64,000 nucleotides of DNA from Candidatus Latescibacterota bacterium (lineage in GTDB: Bacteria > Latescibacterota > UBA2968 > UBA8231). The DNA lies in assembly GCA_965203175.1 (NCBI GenBank), contig OZ241867.1, positions 3,872,001-3,936,000 of the forward strand, read 5' to 3'. Position 1 is the first letter of the stretch, and the number at the start of each line of letters is the position of its first letter. Of the stretch, positions 35,031 to 44,831 are shown in pieces. The notes under the pieces are model-generated. The model saw nothing but the letters and a program-made list of their open reading frames with translations, searched no databases and was not told where the DNA came from. Position numbers and translations under genes: made by a program.

Positions 35031-37886
35031 ATGGATAGAGATACATTGGAGATGGCCTTGCAGCAGGCCATCCAAGGCGAGGTGCGCTTTGACGCTGTTT
35101 CGCGCATGCTCTACCGCACCGACGCCAGCATCTACGAGATGGAGCCCCTAGGGCTGGTTGTGCCCAAAGACGAGGCCGATGTGGTCGCCGCGGTAAAAAT
35201 TGCCGCTGAGCAGGGGGCGGCGGTCTTGCCACGGGGTGGTGGGACGAGTTTGGCGGGCCAGTCGGTGGGAGCGGCGGTTCATCTCGATTTTTCCAAATAC
35301 ATGAACCGGATCTTGGAGTTCGACCCAGACGAGCGCTGGGTGCGGGTGCAGCCGGGCTTGGTGCTCGATGAGCTCAATGCCTACTTGCAGCCCTACGGCC
35401 TGATTTTCGCGCCCGATGTCTCCACGAGTAGTCGGGCCAATATCGGCGGAATGATCGGCAACAATTCCTGCGGAGCTCATTCCATTATATACGGCAAGAC
35501 CATCGACCACGTACAGGAGGTAAAGGTGGTGTTGGCCGACGGCTCGCAAGCGGTATTCGGGCCGCTAGACGACGCGGAGTGTGAACGCCGCGCGGGTTTG
35601 GACTGCCTCGAAGGACACATTTACCGCGAAGTTAGCCGCATCGTCCGCGAGCGCGAAGCACAGATCCGCACGGGCTTTCCCCAGGTGATGCGCCGCGTCT
35701 CGGGCTACAATCTCGACGAATTCATCGCCGGTGCACCCTTTGACTTGAGCAAGCTAGTCGTCGGCTCGGAGGGTACGCTCTGCGCGGTAGTTGAAGCGCG
35801 GTTGAACTTGGTGGAGTTACCCGCGCACAAGGGCTTGGTGGCCGTCCACTTCCACGACTTGGTCGAGGCCATGGAGGCCAATCTGACTGCATTAGAAACC
35901 GCGCCGGTCGCCAGCGAGTTGATCGACAAGATCCTGCTCGACCAGACCAAAGGCTCGGTCGAGCACGCCCCGAGTCGCCGCTTCATCACGGGCGATCCGG
36001 CGGCCCTGCTCATAATCGAGTACTATACGGACTCCGAAGCCGAGCTGAGCCGCAAGATGGACGAATTGGAAGAGCGATTGCGGGAGCGCGGAATGGGCTA
36101 CGCGTTTACGCGGGCTGTGGCCGCCGGGGATCAGAAGGCTATCTTGGAGCTGCGCAAAGCTGGGTTGGGGCTTTTGATGGGTATGAAAGGCGATCCCAAG
36201 CCCCAACCCGGAGTGGAGGATACCTGCGTCCCGGTAGACAAACTACCCGACTACGTCCGCCGAGTGGTCGCGCTGATGGAGGAGTTGGGCATTGAGGGAG
36301 AATACTATGGGCACGCGAGCGTCGGCCTGTTGCACATCCGGCCAATCTTCAGTCTCAAAGACCCCGAGGGCATAAAGCTCCTGCGCCAGATGGAGGAGCG
36401 GATGAGCGATATGGTGCTAGAATACGGGGGAGCCATGTCGGGTGAGCACGGCGACGGTTTGGCGCGCAGCGAGTGGATCGCCAAGATGTTTAGCCCGGAG
36501 TTGGTCGCGGCCTTTGTCGAGGTTAAGGATGCCTTTGATCCACAGGGGATTATGAATCCCGGCAAGATCACTCGCTCCCCTAGGATGGACGAGAACCTGC
36601 GCTACCACGAGGATTATCAGACGCCCAAGGTGGAGACGTTTTTCAGCTTTAGCGAGGCGGGCGGCTTTCAGGAAGCCGTTGAAATGTGCTCTGGGGTGGG
36701 CCACTGCCGCAAAAAGCTGGTCGGCACGATGTGCCCTTCGTACATGGCGACCTTGGACGAGGAACACACCACTCGCGGTCGTGCCAATGCCTTGCGCGCC
36801 GCGCTCGCTGGCACATTGCCCGACGGCCTGCACAGCCAAGAGGTGCACCGCGTGATGGACCTCTGCTTGGAGTGCAAAGCCTGCAAAGCCGAGTGCCCGT
36901 CGAGCGTGGATATGGCCAAGCTCAAGTACGAATTTCTCGCCCACTACCATCGCCAGCACGGCTATCCGCTGCGGTCGCGGCTCTTTGCCGACATAGCTCG
37001 CATTAGCCGCTTGGGTTCGGCGTTGGCACCGCTGTCGAATTGGATCAGTCGCAGCGGGTTCAGTCGCTGGCTGTTGGATGCGTTCTTGGGTATTGACCGG
37101 CGGCGGCGACTGCCGGCCTTTGCCCGCCAGCCGTTTTCGCGCTGGTTCGCTGGGCGGCGTCCGGCCCGCGGCACCAAGGGCCGCGTCGTGCTTTTCAACG
37201 ATACCTTCGTCGAGTACAACGAACCGGCCATTGGTATGGCGGCGACGATCATCTTGGAACGCGCTGGGTACGAAGTCGTCTTGGTTGCAAACAAAGTCTG
37301 TTGCGGCCGGCCGTTCATATCTAAGGGCTTTCTCGATCGCGCCCGCGCCTTGGCGCAACGCAATGTGGAGGTACTCGCGCCTTGGGCCGAAGAAGGGGTG
37401 CCGATCATCGGGTTAGAGCCGAGCTGCGCGTCGGCTCTTAGTGACGATTACCTAGACTTAGTTGACGATCCACAAAGCCGGAGCGTGGCCGAGCAGGTCG
37501 TCTTGCTCGAGGACTTTCTCGTCCGCGAGTCGCCGCTCGATTTGGAGTTTGCCCAGACCGCCCGCCATATTTTGGTGCACGGCCACTGCCATCAAAAAGC
37601 CCTGACGGGGACAGCCGCGACATTGGCCGTGCTCAACATGCCGCCCCATTTTAGTGCGGAGGAAATCCCGTCGGGCTGCTGTGGCATGGCCGGCAGCTTC
37701 GGCTACGAGAAGGAGCACTTTGAAATATCGCGCGCAGTGGGGCAGGAGAGGCTCTTTGCCGTGCTAGAGGAGGCAGCAGAGGACGTGGAAATCGCCGCCG
37801 TAGGCACTTCGTGCCGCCACCAGATTGCCGATTTCACCGGGCGGCGGGCGCGGCATTGGGCCGAGATTTTTGTCGAAGCACTCTAA
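35031..37886 (+). CDS. FAD-linked oxidase fused to Fe-S/CCG domains (YdiJ-like D-2-hydroxyacid dehydrogenase)
   Basis: PRGGGTSLAGQ, GSEGTL, SGEHGDG, NPGKI, CLECKACKAECP, two CCG motifs. Confidence 0.9.
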   Translation: MDRDTLEMALQQAIQGEVRFDAVSRMLYRTDASIYEMEPLGLVVPKDEADVVAAVKIAAEQGAAVLPRGGGTSLAGQSVGAAVHLDFSKYMNRILEFDPDERWVRVQPGLVLDELNAYLQPYGLIFAPDVSTSSRANIGGMIGNNSCGAHSIIYGKTIDHVQEVKVVLADGSQAVFGPLDDAECERRAGLDCLEGHIYREVSRIVREREAQIRTGFPQVMRRVSGYNLDEFIAGAPFDLSKLVVGSEGTLCAVVEARLNLVELPAHKGLVAVHFHDLVEAMEANLTALETAPVASELIDKILLDQTKGSVEHAPSRRFITGDPAALLIIEYYTDSEAELSRKMDELEERLRERGMGYAFTRAVAAGDQKAILELRKAGLGLLMGMKGDPKPQPGVEDTCVPVDKLPDYVRRVVALMEELGIEGEYYGHASVGLLHIRPIFSLKDPEGIKLLRQMEERMSDMVLEYGGAMSGEHGDGLARSEWIAKMFSPELVAAFVEVKDAFDPQGIMNPGKITRSPRMDENLRYHEDYQTPKVETFFSFSEAGGFQEAVEMCSGVGHCRKKLVGTMCPSYMATLDEEHTTRGRANALRAALAGTLPDGLHSQEVHRVMDLCLECKACKAECPSSVDMAKLKYEFLAHYHRQHGYPLRSRLFADIARISRLGSALAPLSNWISRSGFSRWLLDAFLGIDRRRRLPAFARQPFSRWFAGRRPARGTKGRVVLFNDTFVEYNEPAIGMAATIILERAGYEVVLVANKVCCGRPFISKGFLDRARALAQRNVEVLAPWAEEGVPIIGLEPSCASALSDDYLDLVDDPQSRSVAEQVVLLEDFLVRESPLDLEFAQTARHILVHGHCHQKALTGTAATLAVLNMPPHFSAEEIPSGCCGMAGSFGYEKEHFEISRAVGQERLFAVLEEAAEDVEIAAVGTSCRHQIADFTGRRARHWAEIFVEAL

Positions 37887-37906
37887 TGCGAAGTGAAAGG
37901 GATTCT

Positions 37907-38431
37907 ATGGCATTTAACGTCAAGCAACGCGGTCGATTAACCTACTACTACGGTGGGGACCACCCAACCTTATCGGCCTTGGTGACCGAGGCGCTGGACA
38001 ACGGCGACTTGAAGATCTACTTCGCCGGCTTGACCGGCGGGCATTCGGCGCATGGGATCCTCGGCCGCGACGAACTGGTGAGGATGACGCCTTCCGTCGA
38101 AGTCGAGCTGGTCTTCCGCTGTTGGGAGAAGTGGCTGCAAGAAGCCGAGATTTGCGATTCGATTGACCAAATAGATTTCATCGAGGTACACGCCTTCGGT
38201 GCTCAGCCCAAGGACGTCAACCCGCTGACCGATCCGCAGCGCTTTCACGAGGAACAACAGCGCATTTACCAAGAATACGCCCAAGCCTATAGCAGCTTTT
38301 TCCGCGATCACATGCCCGACACCGGGGTGCCGGCTCGCTTTACGGTACACGTGGTTGATTTCCCCGACAAAGCTGCCTCTTATGAATTCTACAGCGTGGG
38401 CCTGTATCAGCCGGCTCTGCACGGAGCCTGA
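37907..38431 (+). CDS. Divergent RidA/YjgF-like protein
   Basis: C-terminus YSSFF..PARFTVHVVDFP..YEFYSVG parallels the Rid pattern Y..FF..PAR..V.V..LP....EIE.A. The N-terminal half is atypical. Confidence 0.55.
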   Translation: MAFNVKQRGRLTYYYGGDHPTLSALVTEALDNGDLKIYFAGLTGGHSAHGILGRDELVRMTPSVEVELVFRCWEKWLQEAEICDSIDQIDFIEVHAFGAQPKDVNPLTDPQRFHEEQQRIYQEYAQAYSSFFRDHMPDTGVPARFTVHVVDFPDKAASYEFYSVGLYQPALHGA

Positions 38432-38434
38432 GCC

Positions 38435-38659
38435 ATGCCGATTTTTGAATACGCCTGCAAGGAGTGCGGCGCGGAGTTCGATGCGCTCATACAAGGGGCG
38501 GCGACAGTCGCTTGCCCGTCTTGTGAGAGTGCAGAGTTGGAGAAGAAGCTGTCGAGTTTTGCCGTCGCCGGCCGCGCTGCCAGCGAGCGCGAGCCAATAG
38601 GGCCGTGTGGTACCTGCGGCGACCCGCGCGGTGCCGGTGCCTGCGCTTTCGACAGTTGA
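38435..38659 (+). CDS. FmdB-family zinc-ribbon protein
   Basis: MPIFEYACKECG..FD..CPSC..KKLSSF. Confidence 0.9.
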   Translation: MPIFEYACKECGAEFDALIQGAATVACPSCESAELEKKLSSFAVAGRAASEREPIGPCGTCGDPRGAGACAFDS

Positions 38660-38668
38660 GGAGGTCCC

Positions 38669-39931
38669 ATGGCTGCGACGCAAATCGAGCTGCCCTTTGG
38701 CGACTCTCAGTTGCAAGTTGCCGTGCCCAGCGAGCGTCTGCTAGGCGTCGTCTTGCCGAGAACGGAACAATGCGGCGATGGCGCGGAACTCGCGTTGGTA
38801 CGGGATGCGCTAGCCCGGCCCGTGGGCACGCCGACATTGCGCACGCTGGTGCGGCCTGACCAGCAGGTCGCGATTGTCGTCAGCGACATGACTCGACCCT
38901 GCCCGACAGACCGCCTGTTGCCGCCGGTGCTGGAGGAACTTGCCGTGGCTGGCGTGCCGGATGCCGACGTAACCGTGGTCGTGGCCTTGGGGTTACATCG
39001 AGCGCAGACCGAAGCCGAGTTGGCCGCCTTGGTGGGGCCGGCGGTCTATGATCGGGTGCGGGTGGTGAACCACAATCCCCAAGACGCGGTGCGGCTGGGC
39101 GTCACTTCTCGCGGTACGCCCGTGGAGCTTTTTCGTCCCTTGGTGGAGGCCGATGTGCGGATTTGTTTGGGCAATCTAGAATTCCACTACTTCGCCGGTT
39201 TTTCGGGCGGGGCCAAGGCAGTCTTGCCCGGCTGTGCCTCTCCCAACGCCATAGCGGCCAATCACGGCCTGATGGCTCGGCCCGGTGCGGAGACTGGGCG
39301 GCTTGAAGGCAATCCGGTGCGGGAAGATTTAGAAGAAGGGGTGGCCATGCTGGGGATTGACTTCATTCTCAATGCGATCGTCGATGATCGCCACCGCATT
39401 GTCGCTGCCTTTGCTGGGCACGTGCGAGAAGCTCACCGCAAAGGGTGCGAGCGGGTGGCCGAGCGTGGGGCCGTGCCCATTGCACAATGCGCTGATATCG
39501 TCCTCGTCAGCGCGGGCGGTTATCCGCTGGACGTCAATATGTACCAGGCGCAAAAGGCCCTCGACAACGCCGTGCATGCCGTGCGCGAAGGGGGCGTTAT
39601 CGTCTGGGTGGCCGAATGCCGCGAGGGGCTGGGTAGCGCCACCTTTGCCTCTTGGTTGCAGGAAGCGGATTCGGCCGACGGGATTCTCGCGCGCATAGAG
39701 CGGGAATTCGTCTTGGGCGGACACAAGGCCGCAGCCATTGCCTCGGTGCTGAAAAAGGCCCGCGTGCATTTGGTCTCGTCGCTGCCGGTCGAGGACATCG
39801 GTCGCATCGGCTTAGTGCCCTTTGACGACCTAGGCCAAGCTATGGCGGCCGCGCACGAGGTAGTCGGCCACGAGGCCCGAATCTGGGCGCTGCCCTATGG
39901 AGATTCGGTATTGCCGCAGGCCGCAGCTTAG
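38669..39931 (+). CDS. larA: Nickel-pincer-dependent lactate racemase (LarA) family protein
   Basis: SDMTRP, ALGLHR, FHYFAGFSGGAKAVLPG, ANH, YQAQK. Substrate is not assignable from sequence by eye. Confidence 0.85.
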   Translation: MAATQIELPFGDSQLQVAVPSERLLGVVLPRTEQCGDGAELALVRDALARPVGTPTLRTLVRPDQQVAIVVSDMTRPCPTDRLLPPVLEELAVAGVPDADVTVVVALGLHRAQTEAELAALVGPAVYDRVRVVNHNPQDAVRLGVTSRGTPVELFRPLVEADVRICLGNLEFHYFAGFSGGAKAVLPGCASPNAIAANHGLMARPGAETGRLEGNPVREDLEEGVAMLGIDFILNAIVDDRHRIVAAFAGHVREAHRKGCERVAERGAVPIAQCADIVLVSAGGYPLDVNMYQAQKALDNAVHAVREGGVIVWVAECREGLGSATFASWLQEADSADGILARIEREFVLGGHKAAAIASVLKKARVHLVSSLPVEDIGRIGLVPFDDLGQAMAAAHEVVGHEARIWALPYGDSVLPQAAA

Positions 39932-40830
39932 GATTTTTCGCCGGCAAACAAATCGAGCTGCTCGATCTCCTCGTCGGCAAATCCCCCCAACCCAATGCCG
40001 AGCAGACGCGTACCCAAGTCGTCGGTTTCTGTGTGCGCCAACAACTCGCAGGCGGTTGCGAAGACGACTTGGGTGCGGTCGGTAAAGGTGCCCAAGCGCG
40101 ATGTGCACGTCGCGGTGCGAAAATCCGGATAGCGCACCTCTAGGGTGACGTCACGCGCTTGCAATCCTCTGCGCTGCAAGCGCCCGCAGAGCGCAGAGGC
40201 CAACTCGCGCAAGGCATCGTGCATTTCTTCATGGGTGTACAGTGGGGCGGCAAAAGAAGCTTCCTCGCGGATTTGGTATAGCTGTTCGGCTGGGGCGACC
40301 GGGTCGTCGTCCCAACCTTGGGCGAGGTGCCAAAAACTGCTACCCCGCTGGCCAAAGTGGCGCACGAGTTCTTCCAGCGGCACTTGGATCAGCGCGCCGA
40401 TGCGATCTATTTGCATGGCTGCGAACTGCTGGCGCGTAACGGCTCCCACGCCGGGAAGCCGGTCAATGGGCACGTCGGCGAGAAAATCCTCTATCTGTTC
40501 GGGCAGCACGACCGTTAGGCCATCGGGTCGCTGACGTTCCATCGCTAGCTGCGCCAAGAATTTGCTGGGCGCCAACCCCACGGAAACGCTCCAGCCTAGC
40601 TGCCGCTTGATATCGCTTTTGATCATCTTGGCGACGCGCGTTCCGAAGGGGATGTCGAGCTTATTGTCGGTGACGTCGAGGATGACATAGCCGTCGCCCC
40701 ATTCGATCCAATCGGTGTATTCGCGCAGAAGCGCGGCGAATTCGGCGCAAGCTTGGGTGTTGTGGTGCGGGCCGCTATCAAGTCCAATGTGGACTATCTT
40801 GCGACGTCCACCGGCCCTAGCGGGACTCAT
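39928..40830 (-). CDS. Catalytically inactive DinB/Y-family polymerase homolog lacking the fingers domain
   Basis: RKIVHIGLD, LDVT, SVGLAPSKFLA, PDG, LPGVG, little finger, C-terminal QLDLF. Catalytic acidic residues are absent. Confidence 0.8.
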   Translation of the reverse strand: MSPARAGGRRKIVHIGLDSGPHHNTQACAEFAALLREYTDWIEWGDGYVILDVTDNKLDIPFGTRVAKMIKSDIKRQLGWSVSVGLAPSKFLAQLAMERQRPDGLTVVLPEQIEDFLADVPIDRLPGVGAVTRQQFAAMQIDRIGALIQVPLEELVRHFGQRGSSFWHLAQGWDDDPVAPAEQLYQIREEASFAAPLYTHEEMHDALRELASALCGRLQRRGLQARDVTLEVRYPDFRTATCTSRLGTFTDRTQVVFATACELLAHTETDDLGTRLLGIGLGGFADEEIEQLDLFAGEKS

Positions 40831-41782
40831 GCGACAAAAAAGGCAGGGAGACTACGGTGGCCTGCGTTCCGCCCGCGTCTAACGCCGTGCCTTCGGCGCA
40901 AGCGCTCCGCCGCACATAGGCGAGGGCAATTGGGCCGAGGCTGGGGGAGTGGACCGCAGAAGTGATGCGTCCTACTTCGCGCGCGCCGTCGCGCAGCGGT
41001 TGTCCCGTTGACGGCAGTTCGGCGGCGGAGAGCCGCAGCCCGACTAAATGCTGCTTGACTTTGTCGTAGGTATCTAGGCGGGCGATGACTTCTTGGCCGA
41101 TATAGCAGCCCTTATCTAGATGGATAGCGCGACCAAGCCCTGCTTCCCAGGGGTTGTACTCTTGGGTCAGTTCTCGTCCGAGCAGGGGAAGGCCCTGTTC
41201 GACGCGCAAAATCTTCCACGTCGCCGGCCCTATTGGACGGGCACCTGCGGCGGCGAGGCGCTGCCAAAGGTCCTTTACGGCGTCTGGCGGTCCGAAGGCG
41301 CGCAGCCCTGGCCCGGCCATGCGCGCTAGCCACAGGTCGTCGGCGACCTGGGGATCGAGTAATTGGTGATCCTGAAGTCTTGATAGATCCGCGTTCAATG
41401 CATGGGTGACTAGCTGAGCGGCTTGCGGGCCGACGAGTTCGAACATGGACGTCTCGTCTGTCTGGTCTGCCAAATCGAGGGCCTCGGCAAAGATAAAGCG
41501 GTCCAACCAATCGGGGATTGCAGCGCGCGAATCGGGACTCAGGATCAAGGCCGTAGCGTCTGGGCCGCGATAACAGGTGGCGAGATCGAGAATCCGCGCT
41601 CGCTGTTCGATAAAGACGGCTTCGAGGCCGTGTCCTATTTGCAGGTTGTGGAAGTCGTTGGAGGTCATGCGATGCAGGAAGTCGAGGTGATCGGCACCGC
41701 GCATGTACAAGCGAAACGAGGCTTGTGCATCGCGTAAGGCCGCGCCGGCGCGGGCGGCGTGGTATTCGTCGCAATAGTCCAT
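40817..41782 (-). CDS. ygfZ: Folate-binding YgfZ/GcvT-like protein
   Basis: KGCYIGQEVIAR signature, GADHLDFLHRM. Start uncertain (41782 or 41791). Confidence 0.85.
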   Translation of the reverse strand: MDYCDEYHAARAGAALRDAQASFRLYMRGADHLDFLHRMTSNDFHNLQIGHGLEAVFIEQRARILDLATCYRGPDATALILSPDSRAAIPDWLDRFIFAEALDLADQTDETSMFELVGPQAAQLVTHALNADLSRLQDHQLLDPQVADDLWLARMAGPGLRAFGPPDAVKDLWQRLAAAGARPIGPATWKILRVEQGLPLLGRELTQEYNPWEAGLGRAIHLDKGCYIGQEVIARLDTYDKVKQHLVGLRLSAAELPSTGQPLRDGAREVGRITSAVHSPSLGPIALAYVRRSACAEGTALDAGGTQATVVSLPFLSHESR

Positions 41783-41795
41783 AACAGGCAAGAGG

Positions 41796-44700
41796 CTAGG
41801 CGTGCTGCGTCACGGAAAAGCGCGAGCCTAAGTCTGGATGTTTGGCGACCTCGATTTGCACTGGAAAGGCCGCCTTGAGTTGGTCGAGATGTGTGACGAT
41901 CAACACCTTTTTGAAATCCTCGCTGATTTTTTGGATGGCTTCTATGAGTTGTTCCAGCCCCTGATCGTCTTGAGTGCCGAAGCCCTCGTCGATAAAGAGG
42001 GTGTGGAGGCGGGTGCCCGAGCGCATGGCTAGCACCTTGGAGAGCGCGATGCGCAAGGCAAAGTTGGTGCGGAATGCCTCGCCCCCGGAATAGAGGTGAT
42101 AGGAGCGCTCGCCGACCTCGTCGGCGATTTTGACGTCGAGGGTTTCGCGAGTGCCGCCTTTTTTGAGGTCGCGCAGCGATTCGAAGGCGACTTGGATGCG
42201 GTTGTCGGTCAGGCGCGCAAGGATGGCGTTGGCTTCTTCGGCGATTTGCGGCACGGCGTTTTCAATGATCAGCGCTTGGATCCCATCCTTGCCGAATGCC
42301 TTGTCGAGCTGTTGGTAGATCCAGGCCTGTCGCTGGGTGTCTTGGAGCTTTTCTCGTAGCTGGTTTTGCTCTTGCGCCAACTCGGCGCAGCGCGTGCATT
42401 GGGCCTCTAGGTTGCCCCGGCGCTGGAGGTATTGGTCCCTCTCAGGCCGTAGCCTTTCCAATTGGGCTTGGTTTTCGCCGAGCTGCCGATCGACGTCTTC
42501 TAACGCACCGGCCCGTTCGTGCAACCGTTCCTTTTCTTCTTTTATAGTCTGCAATTGTCCCGCTAGATTGGAGGCTTCGGCCTCGTAGCGCACCTGCGAT
42601 TCGCCGGACGATACGCGGCGTTCGCGGGCGTGTTGCAGGCGCTCGAATTGCCGCGCGCTGTCGTGCAGGTCGTCCTGTTGCTGGCGCAACCGCTGGTGCT
42701 CGGCACTATCATAGCCTAGGGCTGCGAGTTGCTGCTCGACTTGGCCGAGTTGTTTCCGTTCCTCTTGGGCGTAGTGGGCCTCGGCGAGTTGGCGGTTGGC
42801 CCGCTCGAGTTGGTTATGGGCTTCGGCCTGCTCGCTTTTGAGCTGGTCGACTTGGCTTTTGGCGTCCTGCAAGCGGGCGTGCTCGGCCTCGACCGGACGC
42901 AATTCGGCGAGCTTTTGACTCAGCTCTTCGTGCTCGGTGCTGCTGTAACCCAATAGCTCAATTTCCCCAGCTAGTTTGTTCAGGCGTTCGCGTTCGCTGG
43001 GAGCGTATGATTGGTCGCTGAGTTCGCGATCGAGGGCGACTAGCTGCTCAGCTAACGACTGGGCCTCAGCGGCCGATTCCCGCAATTGCCCGAGACGAGC
43101 TTCCCCGGTGGCCAGGTCTTGGTGGACCTGCTGGAGGGGCGCGATTTCTTCGCCAAGGGCCTTGTAGTGCGCGCGCATCTTTTGCAACTGATCGTCGAGA
43201 GTGGCCAGCTCGCTGCTGAGAAAGGCGATGCGCTCTTGGCGGCGCTTTTCCCGCTGCGAGAGTTCTGCCGCGACCTGTTGGCGGTGTTCGACGTCGAGTG
43301 CGCTGCCGCACAATGGGCAATTGGCGTCGTCGGAATCGGCCAAGGCCTGAGCCTGTTGGCGCTCGTTGGCCAATTCTTCCTCTTCGGCGTGGCGCTTCTG
43401 CTGCCGCTCGGTGATCTGGGCATTGAGGTCGCGGCCCTCGTCCTCGAGGCAATCCCGTTCTTCGGCTTTGATCTGTAATTGAGTCCGCTGTGCTTGCAAC
43501 TGGCGAATGCGGACTTCTAAGGTTTTTCCCTCGGAGGAGGCTCGGTCCAACTGTGCCAATTGTTTGGCGAGTACTTGGCGTTGATTCTTGCGGTCCTGCT
43601 CTGCGCGATATAGTACGTTTTCGCAGTCGCGGCGCTCGCTGAGAAGATCCTCGTAGCGAATCCGGGCCTGCTCTAGAGCTTGGGCCTGCTCGCTGAGGGT
43701 TTTGAGTTGGGCATAGCGGATGGCGATGGTCTGCTCCCGATTGAGCAAGGCTTGGTGTCCGTTGAGCTGGCGCTGTTGCTGGTCGAGAGTGGCCGCCCAG
43801 CGTTCTTGCTGCCGTTCCACTTCTTGGCGCGTCTGGACGATTTGCTCTTCTAGCTGTCGGTGGCAGGCCTCTAACTTGCCGTGCTCCTGAGCTTTTTGTT
43901 CGAGTAGGCCGATTTGAGTGCGGAGCTGATTATAGGCTGCAAAATCCTGCTCAATGGATTCGGCGGCCGCTAGAATTTCGCCGTCTTGGCGCTGCTGCTT
44001 CCGCAGGTTTTCGAGTTCGGCGGAAACCTGCTGCGCCCGCTCGGAAACGCGCTGCTGTTCCCGCTCTAGCTCAGCGACGCGCTGGCGGATCCGATCCAGT
44101 TCTAGGCGCTGGGTTTCCAACTCGGCTTGCGCTTTTTCTCGGCTGCTGATTTCGCTGCCGAGTAGAGCGAGGTAGTCATCGACGGCGCTCAGCTCGGATT
44201 CGTATTTTCCGCGCTTGGCCAATTCGGCCTCAAGTTCCCCAAGGCGGGTCTGCAGGATCTCGCTCTGGCGCTGGTGCTCTTGATAGTGGACCCGAGCCAT
44301 GCCTTGGAGTTGGTCGTAGCGCCCTAGTCCGAGGATTCGCCCGAGGACTTCTTTGCGCTGTCTGGCGTTTTTCTGGGTGAACTCGTCGGCGCGTCCTTGG
44401 ACTATGAAGGCCGAGTTAACGAAGGTGTCGTAGTCCATGGATAGGAGCTCGTTGATGCGCCGCTGGGTGGGGTTAATGCCCTCGCCTTCGCTGAGCGTGC
44501 GGAAGACGCCGTCGCTTTCTACTTGTAGGTCTAGGGCCGGGACGCCCCGCTTGGTGCGGCGCCAACTGCGGATGACGCGGAAGTGCTTTTCGCCGAGGGC
44601 GAAGTCGAAATCAACCCGCATCTCCTTGGCTCCGATCCGACACAGTTCTTCGTCGCTGCGGCTTTTGCGGGCTTGGCCCCACAAGGCGTAAGTAATCCCG

Positions 44701-44831
44701 TCGAGCAGGGCGGATTTGCCGTGGCCATTGCCGCCTGTGAGGCAGGCGACGTGGAATTGGGTAAAGTCGAGCGGCGGCACCTCCTCGCCGTAGCTGAGAA
44801 AATTGCGCAGCGAAAGGGAGAGAGGGATCAT
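41796..44831 (-). CDS. sbcC: SbcC/Rad50 SMC-like ATPase
   Basis: LRNFLSY, GGNGHGKS, CPLCG zinc hook, YSGGE, FIDEGFG, VTH, long coiled coils. Confidence 0.95.
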   Translation of the reverse strand: MIPLSLSLRNFLSYGEEVPPLDFTQFHVACLTGGNGHGKSALLDGITYALWGQARKSRSDEELCRIGAKEMRVDFDFALGEKHFRVIRSWRRTKRGVPALDLQVESDGVFRTLSEGEGINPTQRRINELLSMDYDTFVNSAFIVQGRADEFTQKNARQRKEVLGRILGLGRYDQLQGMARVHYQEHQRQSEILQTRLGELEAELAKRGKYESELSAVDDYLALLGSEISSREKAQAELETQRLELDRIRQRVAELEREQQRVSERAQQVSAELENLRKQQRQDGEILAAAESIEQDFAAYNQLRTQIGLLEQKAQEHGKLEACHRQLEEQIVQTRQEVERQQERWAATLDQQQRQLNGHQALLNREQTIAIRYAQLKTLSEQAQALEQARIRYEDLLSERRDCENVLYRAEQDRKNQRQVLAKQLAQLDRASSEGKTLEVRIRQLQAQRTQLQIKAEERDCLEDEGRDLNAQITERQQKRHAEEEELANERQQAQALADSDDANCPLCGSALDVEHRQQVAAELSQREKRRQERIAFLSSELATLDDQLQKMRAHYKALGEEIAPLQQVHQDLATGEARLGQLRESAAEAQSLAEQLVALDRELSDQSYAPSERERLNKLAGEIELLGYSSTEHEELSQKLAELRPVEAEHARLQDAKSQVDQLKSEQAEAHNQLERANRQLAEAHYAQEERKQLGQVEQQLAALGYDSAEHQRLRQQQDDLHDSARQFERLQHARERRVSSGESQVRYEAEASNLAGQLQTIKEEKERLHERAGALEDVDRQLGENQAQLERLRPERDQYLQRRGNLEAQCTRCAELAQEQNQLREKLQDTQRQAWIYQQLDKAFGKDGIQALIIENAVPQIAEEANAILARLTDNRIQVAFESLRDLKKGGTRETLDVKIADEVGERSYHLYSGGEAFRTNFALRIALSKVLAMRSGTRLHTLFIDEGFGTQDDQGLEQLIEAIQKISEDFKKVLIVTHLDQLKAAFPVQIEVAKHPDLGSRFSVTQHA

